A stretch of DNA of 64,000 bases from Planctomycetaceae bacterium (lineage in GTDB: Bacteria; Planctomycetota; Phycisphaerae; Phycisphaerales; SM1A02): positions 2,365-66,364 of the forward strand of contig CANJHD010000007.1 in NCBI GenBank assembly GCA_947474065.1. The letters are read 5' to 3'. Every line of letters starts with the position of its first letter. The first letter of the stretch is position 1. A program made the translations under genes and the position numbers. Positions 57,771 to 64,000 of the stretch are shown here, one piece after another. Under the pieces are notes generated by a model. That model was given only the letters and a program-made list of their open reading frames with translations. It ran no database searches and was not told where the DNA came from.

Positions 57771-58088
57771 ATGAGCGACTCTTTACCGAAGCCCCTGAGT
57801 TCAATTAACGCCCTGCGCGCCCACCTGAAAGTTCTTGAGCGTGGCGTGGACAACGCTCGCAACAAGCGCGTGGGTCCCAGTGAGCAGCCCCCGAGCCTTG
57901 CGCCGGTTAGTCGCCCCACTCAGCCTTCCACGCGGACGATGAGCCCCCCGCCAGCCAGTTATCCGATGATCCGACCCACGTCAAACGGTGGTGGTTCCGG
58001 ATCCGATGGCAAGCCGAAGGCAAAGCCGAAGAGTGGTACCGATTTTAGTTCATTCTTCGGCGGTATTGATAAACGCGCCGCAAGTTGA
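57771..58088 (+). CDS. hypothetical small protein (105 aa, Pro/Ser-rich, probably disordered)
   Basis: ATG at 57771 is preceded by GGAAGGA. The upstream part of the ORF (from GTG 57573) has no support. No domain is recognisable. Confidence 0.35.
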   Translation: MSDSLPKPLSSINALRAHLKVLERGVDNARNKRVGPSEQPPSLAPVSRPTQPSTRTMSPPPASYPMIRPTSNGGGSGSDGKPKAKPKSGTDFSSFFGGIDKRAAS

Positions 58089-58118
58089 CCGTACAACCTG
58101 AATGCCCGCATCGGCGGA

Positions 58119-59255
58119 GTGGCGCGATTTCGTACCATTCCGCCGATGCGCACTGAATCCCTCGCGTTCCTGCGGAAGCTCCTCGATACACCCAGTCCAT
58201 CCGGCTTTGAACGCGAAGGTCAACGCGTTTGGCTCGACTACGTCCGCGCCAACGGCGCTACGCGGACTTGGAATGACGCGTATGGCAACTGCTTTGCGGA
58301 ATTGCTGCCTACCCCCAGCGATAATCCGAGGAATGAGAGCAAGATATTCACCGTTGCCATCTGTGGCCACGCGGATGAAATCGGCCTCATGGTGCAGCAC
58401 ATTGATTCCAATGGGTTCATCTATTGCCGCTCAATCGGGGGAATCGATGCGGCATCAATCGTCGGCAAGCGGTTGCAATTTCGCTCCACTGTGAAAGGCG
58501 TGGATGCGCCAGTCATTGGTCTGATTGGTGCCACTGCCATCCATCTTCAAGACCGATCTGGCGAGCCCAAGGTTCGCAAGCTGCACGAACTCTTTGTGGA
58601 CATCGGTGCGAAGGACGAAGCGACTGCGCGGGCGCGTTTGAATATCGGCGACCCAGCCACCTTCCTCGATTCAAGCATGATGCTCTCCGATGAATTGATT
58701 GTGGCGCGCGCCCTCGACAATCGCATTGGTACATGGGTTGCGGCAGAGACGCTTCGCCTATGCGCAGAGAATTCCATGCGCAATGTTCGAATCGTTGCGG
58801 TGAGCACGGTGCAAGAAGAAGTGGGGCTACACGGCGCGGAAATGATTGCCGCGAGTTTGCATCCGAATGTTGCCCTTGTCACCGATGTTGGTCATGCCAC
58901 CGACAGCCCTGGAATCACCCAAGCGCAGCACGGGCAATTCAAGATGGGCGCAGGTCCAAAGATCGCTATCGGCGGCGCAATGCAGCCTGAAGTTGTCGCG
59001 CGACTTCTTGAAACCGCTGAACGGCTCACCATTCCACTGCAGCGTGGCGCTACGCCAGGCGCGAGCGGAACGGACACGGATTCCATCTTTCTCGCCGGTG
59101 GTGGAATTCCATCGGGCTTGGTGAGTTTCCCGATTCGCTACATGCACACAACCGTTGAAATGGGGAACTTGCGAGACCTTGAGCAGATTCCCGTGTTATT
59201 TGCGGGCTTCTGCGAAGGTCTTCGCGGGGACGAGCGCTTTGCGCCGACGCTCTAA
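58119..59255 (+). CDS. M42-family metallopeptidase (FrvX/YpdE-like aminopeptidase)
   Basis: L..L...PSPSGFE N-terminus, the GHADEIGLMV metal-ligand motif, DNR.G, QEEVGL.GA and the C-terminal RYMHT motif. Confidence 0.85.
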   Translation: MARFRTIPPMRTESLAFLRKLLDTPSPSGFEREGQRVWLDYVRANGATRTWNDAYGNCFAELLPTPSDNPRNESKIFTVAICGHADEIGLMVQHIDSNGFIYCRSIGGIDAASIVGKRLQFRSTVKGVDAPVIGLIGATAIHLQDRSGEPKVRKLHELFVDIGAKDEATARARLNIGDPATFLDSSMMLSDELIVARALDNRIGTWVAAETLRLCAENSMRNVRIVAVSTVQEEVGLHGAEMIAASLHPNVALVTDVGHATDSPGITQAQHGQFKMGAGPKIAIGGAMQPEVVARLLETAERLTIPLQRGATPGASGTDTDSIFLAGGGIPSGLVSFPIRYMHTTVEMGNLRDLEQIPVLFAGFCEGLRGDERFAPTL

Positions 59256-59331
59256 GGCTGCGCGTGTATGTCCCTGATATCCTGAGCGATCCCATGAGCA
59301 TGATGCCATGGCTGAGTGATCGCATGACCCC

Positions 59332-59955
59332 ATGATTCAGTTCCTTTCCATCGCCTTCCGCAACATGAAGACCGTGGGGACGATCTGCCCAAGTTCGCCG
59401 ATGCTGGCGAGATCACTCGCGGCTGCGGCGATCGAATCGACCTCTCCAAAGCGGATCTTGGAAGTTGGACCCGGAACCGGTCCGGTGACTAAGGAAATCT
59501 TGAAGTGCCTTGGCAAGGGCGATGTTCTGGACATCGTGGAACTCAGCAGCGAATTCTGTCGAGATCTTGATAACAAGATCCTCATGCCGTGGCGAACAAG
59601 CGGCAAGCCTGGCCAGGTGACACTGCACAACGCCGCCATACAACATGTTGAACTGGAAATGGGTTCTTACGACTGCGTGATCTGCGGTCTGCCATTCAAC
59701 AACTTTGAAATTGGACTTGTCGACACCATCATGCACCGCATGCTTGATTTGCTTCGCCCAGGCGGAGAGCTTTCATACTTCTGCTACTTGGGAGCAAAGA
59801 CGATGAAGAGCACCGTTCTGAATGGCCCCGGCCGCGACAACCTGCGTGCCATCGCTCGACTTGAGCGCGAACTGCACCTGACCCATTCTGGTTCACGACA
59901 TGTGGTCCTGGCCAATATCCCGCCTGCCGAAGTTCGTCGGCTGCAGAAGCCATGA
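59332..59955 (+). CDS. class I SAM-dependent methyltransferase (COG3963 phospholipid N-methyltransferase-like)
   Basis: F.....RN...VG...PSS..LA pattern at the N-terminus and the SAM-binding motif ILEVGPGTGPVT. Confidence 0.7.
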   Translation: MIQFLSIAFRNMKTVGTICPSSPMLARSLAAAAIESTSPKRILEVGPGTGPVTKEILKCLGKGDVLDIVELSSEFCRDLDNKILMPWRTSGKPGQVTLHNAAIQHVELEMGSYDCVICGLPFNNFEIGLVDTIMHRMLDLLRPGGELSYFCYLGAKTMKSTVLNGPGRDNLRAIARLERELHLTHSGSRHVVLANIPPAEVRRLQKP

Positions 59956-59965
59956 GCGCATTACC

Positions 59966-60631
59966 GTGAAAGAAGTACAAGACCATTTCTTCAAACTCGC
60001 CAAGGAAGAGGGCTATCGCGCTCGCAGCGCGTACAAGCTCACTGAACTTGACGACCGATTCAAGTTGATGCGCGTTGGTTCGCGTGTCCTGGACCTTGGG
60101 GCATGCCCGGGTAGCTGGATCCAGGTGGCCGCAGAGCGTGTTGGCGACCGCGGCGTCGTGGTGGCAATCGACTTGAAAGCTATTGATAAGCGTGGTTTCG
60201 GTCCGAATGTGCACCTCATTGAGGGTGATATCAACGAGCTGACGCGCGAGCACTTGCCGTATGCCATGGAAAGCAAACTCTTCGACACCGTCATCAGCGA
60301 CATGGGGCCGGATACCAGCGGCGTTCCCATGGCCGACAGTGCGCGCAGCGTGCAGTTGTGCCACGCCATGCTTGATCGACTGCCATTCTTGTTGCGCACT
60401 GGCGGCCATGCAACCATGAAGGTTTATGAGGGGGCTGATTACCCTGCCCTCGTCAGGCGTGCGCAAATGGTGTTTAACGAAGCCAAGGGATACAAGCCGA
60501 GCGCGAGCCGCGCTGAAAGCGTTGAGATGTTCATCGTGTGCCGCGGCTACCGCGGACCGAAGGACACTGGACCCGGACCGCGCGATCCTTCGCTGCCACA
60601 ACGCGCGCCGAGCAAGGGCTGGAACTCGTAA
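59966..60631 (+). CDS. rlmE: 23S rRNA (uridine2552-2'-O)-methyltransferase
   Basis: YRARSAYKL.ELD..F.L, VLDLGACPGSW and VISDMGP motifs of the FtsJ/RlmE family. GTG at 59966 follows the upstream stop. The ORF is open from 59900. Confidence 0.9.
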   Translation: MKEVQDHFFKLAKEEGYRARSAYKLTELDDRFKLMRVGSRVLDLGACPGSWIQVAAERVGDRGVVVAIDLKAIDKRGFGPNVHLIEGDINELTREHLPYAMESKLFDTVISDMGPDTSGVPMADSARSVQLCHAMLDRLPFLLRTGGHATMKVYEGADYPALVRRAQMVFNEAKGYKPSASRAESVEMFIVCRGYRGPKDTGPGPRDPSLPQRAPSKGWNS

Positions 60632-60641
60632 GTTCTGGCGC

Positions 60642-61895
60642 TTACTGGAGCGCTTGCAGCCGCTTGCACGCTTCGATTACTTTCTCGCGGGAATTGAATG
60701 CGCTGATTCGGAAGAAGCCTTCGCCGTGGCGACCGAAGCCTGCGCCCGGAGTAACTACCAGTCTTGCCTTGGTAAGCAGCGCATCGAACGCGTCCCAACT
60801 ACTCATGCCTGCGGGGCACGCCACCCAAACGTACGGGGCATGCTGCCCGCCCCACACTTGCAGGCCTTCGGCGGCGCATGCTTCGCGCAGAATTCGCGCG
60901 TTTTCCATGTAGAAATCGATCAACGACGCTACCTGTGCGCGTCCTTCGGGTGTGTAAAGCGCGGCGATCGCGCACTGCACTGGCCAACTGACGCCGTTCG
61001 AACAGGTAGCCCAACGCCTCATCCACAAGCGATGGAGCGAGACGCGCTCGCCACTGCGGGTTCGACCCTCGACGGCCTTTGGAACGACGGTGTAGCCCCC
61101 GCGCAGGCCGGTGAATCCGCCATTCTTAGAGAAGCTACGGAATTCCACCGCGCACCGATCAGCACCTGATATCTCGTAGATCGAGCGCGGCAACGACGGG
61201 TCGCGCACGTACGCCTCGTACGCGGCGTCGTAGCAAATCAGCGAGTCATTGGCGAGAGCCCACTCAACCCAACGAGTGAGCTGCGCGCGGGTGATCATCG
61301 CTCCGGTGGGATTGTTTGGATAGCAGAGATAGACCATGTCCACCGGTTCGGTGGGCGGCTCCGGGACAAATCCATTCGCAGGCGTTCCTGGCAGATAGAT
61401 AAGTCCTTCATATCCGCCGCCCGCAAGTGCGGGACCAGTATTGCCCTGCATGACGTTGTTGTCTACATACACGGGGTAGACCGGATCACACACCGCGGTG
61501 CGATTACCGCCCTGCGCTGGTGTGCCCGTGGCCATGATTTCCATGAAGGCACTGGCGTCCGGTTTACTTCCGTCCGAAACGAAGATTTCATCGGTTGCTA
61601 TTGCCATGCCACGATCACGGAAATCGCCCTTGGCAATTGCCTCGCGGACAAAGTCGTAGCCGGTTGCTGGTCCGTATCCACGGAAGGTGGCGCGATGAGC
61701 GAGTTCGTCGACAGCCGTGTGCATTGCCGCGATGACGGCGGGCGGAAGCGGCTCTGTGACATCACCAATGCCGCAGCGGATGATCTCTCCGGCCACGGCT
61801 GGATTCGCCTCCGCGAAGACGGTAACGCGACGGGCGATCTCGGGGAATAAGTAGCCGGCAGCCAGCTTCAGGTAGTGGTCGTTGATGAATGTCAT
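60642..61895 (-). CDS. dapL: LL-diaminopimelate aminotransferase
   Basis: The N-terminus NDHYLKLAAGYLFPEI and the PLP-lysine region FRSFSKNGGFTGLRGGY match DapL. Confidence 0.9.
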   Translation of the reverse strand: MTFINDHYLKLAAGYLFPEIARRVTVFAEANPAVAGEIIRCGIGDVTEPLPPAVIAAMHTAVDELAHRATFRGYGPATGYDFVREAIAKGDFRDRGMAIATDEIFVSDGSKPDASAFMEIMATGTPAQGGNRTAVCDPVYPVYVDNNVMQGNTGPALAGGGYEGLIYLPGTPANGFVPEPPTEPVDMVYLCYPNNPTGAMITRAQLTRWVEWALANDSLICYDAAYEAYVRDPSLPRSIYEISGADRCAVEFRSFSKNGGFTGLRGGYTVVPKAVEGRTRSGERVSLHRLWMRRWATCSNGVSWPVQCAIAALYTPEGRAQVASLIDFYMENARILREACAAEGLQVWGGQHAPYVWVACPAGMSSWDAFDALLTKARLVVTPGAGFGRHGEGFFRISAFNSREKVIEACKRLQALQ

Positions 61896-62806
61896 GGCGC
61901 TGAGAATATTGAACCGTATTCCATTGGCTCCGGAACGATACTGATCGTCACCGGGGCGTCAACATTACGAATGAGGATCTTGTTGGTGCAAGTGCCGAGC
62001 GTCGCGTGCAGTGTGTCGTGATCATTACGTGGATCAACAACACGCCAGTCACCAGCTTCGACGCGCGTGAGAACCTTGCCGTTTACGCAGTCGATATCAA
62101 AGGTTCCACAAGTACCTGTGAAGGAGCGGAACACGATTTCTCCACCACGCGTGACCAGCGTGACATCTTCCGTGATAGCCCATGGCGTGATCATGTGGAT
62201 CTCACCATCTGAAGTTTCTACCGAACATGCACCGCGATTTTCGTAAATATGCACCTTGCCAGAGCGGGTCTTTACATGCACGCGACGCAACTCCGGAAGC
62301 TCAATATCGATATCTGTTTGGTGAAGCCAGGCTTCATCGTGCGCAGTGGTTCCGCGAAGTACGAGCGTTGGCACATCACCACCACGGCGAATCTCCGCCT
62401 TGACCGCCACCTGCGCAAGTGACGCGCGCGCCTCGTCGGTGCGATCGGCTCCATGACTGGCGGTAACGGTGACCTGCATGCGAACCTCGTTCTTGGTCTC
62501 GCGCCCAGAACGGATAACGACATCGCCGGCGAACGTCTCAAGGTCGATGTCGATAATGCCATCAACCGGAAGCACATAATTTCGCTCCTCAGTAACGGAA
62601 CCAGCGAAACTGGCAGAGATGCTGCTGGCTGAACGGTCGATTCCACGCTCCACAGAGCTGTGGCCCGCGCAGCCGGTGGTGCTGATGAGGGCAATGACGC
62701 CGATAGTGCCAATGGCGGCGCTCAGACAAGGCGCCCCCACAGCGCTCAAAGCGGAGGCGAGGAAGCGCACAGGTGCGGCGAGGCCAAGATGTCGTCGGGC
62801 GGGCAT
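61892..62806 (-). CDS. putative lipoprotein with a DUF4097-like beta-strand repeat domain
   Basis: Met at 62806 gives a signal peptide with the lipobox STTGC. The body has repeated G.I.I......V.V.T.SG.V strands. There is a 4-nt overlap with the dapL start. The ORF is open to 62980. Confidence 0.55.
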   Translation of the reverse strand: MPARRHLGLAAPVRFLASALSAVGAPCLSAAIGTIGVIALISTTGCAGHSSVERGIDRSASSISASFAGSVTEERNYVLPVDGIIDIDLETFAGDVVIRSGRETKNEVRMQVTVTASHGADRTDEARASLAQVAVKAEIRRGGDVPTLVLRGTTAHDEAWLHQTDIDIELPELRRVHVKTRSGKVHIYENRGACSVETSDGEIHMITPWAITEDVTLVTRGGEIVFRSFTGTCGTFDIDCVNGKVLTRVEAGDWRVVDPRNDHDTLHATLGTCTNKILIRNVDAPVTISIVPEPMEYGSIFSAP

Positions 62807-62829
62807 CCCAAAGATTCTACGATGCCGCC

Positions 62830-64000
62830 ATGCTTTCGCCCGACATCCGTCGCGTCCTTCACATGCTCGCGGTGGCGTACACGGGCATGTACGGAAGTGC
62901 GGTCGCGCAAGTGCCGCAAGTGCCGCAAGTGCAACCAGCACCAGTGGCGGTGGATGCGCCGCGGCCGAAAGCACCCGCAATACCAGTGAAGGACGTCATC
63001 CGAGTTACCCTGCCAAAGGAATCGGCTGCGATCCTTGGCACCGAGGGTGGTGCAGGTCGAATGATCGTGTTCTTAGCCGCGGAGTCGACTCTGCAACCGG
63101 GTGATGAACCGCTCGATGCGCCATTCTTTGATGATCCGCAACCGATGTACTCGGTCGCTGTCAGTGACCTTGCGCCAGGATCCACCGTGACGCTCGGCGC
63201 GGATGCGATCAGCTTTCCAGAGCCGATCGCCATGCTCGACGGAACCTATCGGATTCAAGCCGTGTTTGACCGCAATCAAACTGAGCGCGGGCACATTGCT
63301 CCTGGAAATTTAGTGAGCGCGGTGTCAACCGTGACATTCAGTCGAGAGCGACCCGATGTGCATGATGTTGCATTGACTATCCGTATGCCAGAGCCAGATC
63401 GACCACAGGAGCCAAACCTGCGGTGGTTTGAAATGAAGAGTGCGCTTCTCAGCCGCGCCGCCGGTCGCGATGTAATGATGCGTGCTGGCGTAGCGCTGCC
63501 CACTGGCTGGGACGATCCGAACTTTCGTCGCCGCATGTTTCCTGCCATCTATGTAGTGCCCGGCTTCGGCGGTCGCTACACCGGCGCGAGCGGCATTGCG
63601 CGCATGCTTGCGACACCTGGTACTCGTGAGGTCATGCCGCAAGCCGTGTGGATTGTTCTTGACCCAGAGTCTGGGCTTGGGCACCACGGATTTGTGGACA
63701 GCCCCGCAAATGGGCCATGGGCACACGCACTGACGGAAGAATTCATCCCGGCACTTGAACGGCAATTTCGACTGATTCCCCGGACCGATGCGCGAATCAT
63801 CACCGGTCATTCAAGCGGCGGATGGAGTTCACTGTGGTTGCAGCTCACCCATCCAGAGACATTCGGGGCGTGCTTCAGTAGTTCGCCGGACCCACTTGAT
63901 TTCAGCAAGTTTCAGGCAGGCGACTTGTATGCCGATACCAGCATCTTCACTGATAGCGATGGCAAGGAGCGACCCTCGTACCGCGTGCCGCTCACGAAAC
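62830..64000 (+). CDS. secreted alpha/beta-hydrolase, putative esterase family (enterochelin-esterase-like), 3' end outside the window
   Basis: I translated this frame by hand. It is absent from the ORF track because it runs off the window. Features are a signal peptide MLSPDIRRVLHMLAVAYTGMYGSAVAQ, P.IYV.PGFGG, and the nucleophile elbow ITGHSSGGW. There is no stop before 64000. Confidence 0.7.
   Translation, partial: MLSPDIRRVLHMLAVAYTGMYGSAVAQVPQVPQVQPAPVAVDAPRPKAPAIPVKDVIRVTLPKESAAILGTEGGAGRMIVFLAAESTLQPGDEPLDAPFFDDPQPMYSVAVSDLAPGSTVTLGADAISFPEPIAMLDGTYRIQAVFDRNQTERGHIAPGNLVSAVSTVTFSRERPDVHDVALTIRMPEPDRPQEPNLRWFEMKSALLSRAAGRDVMMRAGVALPTGWDDPNFRRRMFPAIYVVPGFGGRYTGASGIARMLATPGTREVMPQAVWIVLDPESGLGHHGFVDSPANGPWAHALTEEFIPALERQFRLIPRTDARIITGHSSGGWSSLWLQLTHPETFGACFSSSPDPLDFSKFQAGDLYADTSIFTDSDGKERPSYRVPLTK

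Overview
This is a GC-rich, densely coding bacterial chromosomal segment with about 48 protein genes and one tRNA. There is no rRNA, CRISPR array, transposase, phage module or named defence system that I can recognise. Content is mostly housekeeping: dinB, sthA, kup, holA, astB, three tandem clpP, addB/addA, purEK, a xerC/D-type recombinase, tRNA-Lys, carA, priA, sucAB, rlmE and dapL. These are interspersed with envelope and signalling genes. They include a DevBCA-like ABC exporter plus a CDF transporter, a very large secretin, an RsbV/RsbW-like pair, an FHA-histidine kinase, a YoaK(DUF1275)-STAS fusion, MoxR, a PEP-CTERM protein and a tricorn-like protease. Several features together suggest Planctomycetota, which is inference only. 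They are a PSCyt1-type cytochrome c domain protein, a PEP-CTERM anchor, a giant low-complexity secretin, LL-DAP aminotransferase and Pro/Ala-rich linkers on exported proteins. I did not find a convincing new multi-gene system. The most checkable oddities are listed here.
1. An orphan plus-strand intrinsic terminator sits behind about 200 nt of stacked GC hairpins, next to a 36% G+C island between purE and the xer gene. This is a candidate unannotated sRNA.
2. An addA-like gene is split by a single frameshift.
3. A tricistronic clpP cluster has intact catalytic triads and N-terminal extensions.
4. An orphan secretin with poly-Gly tracts is followed by a sigma-less partner-switching pair.
5. A translationally coupled SNF2-SWIM pair lies beside tRNA-Lys.
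All product calls come from motif recognition by eye. No database search was run.
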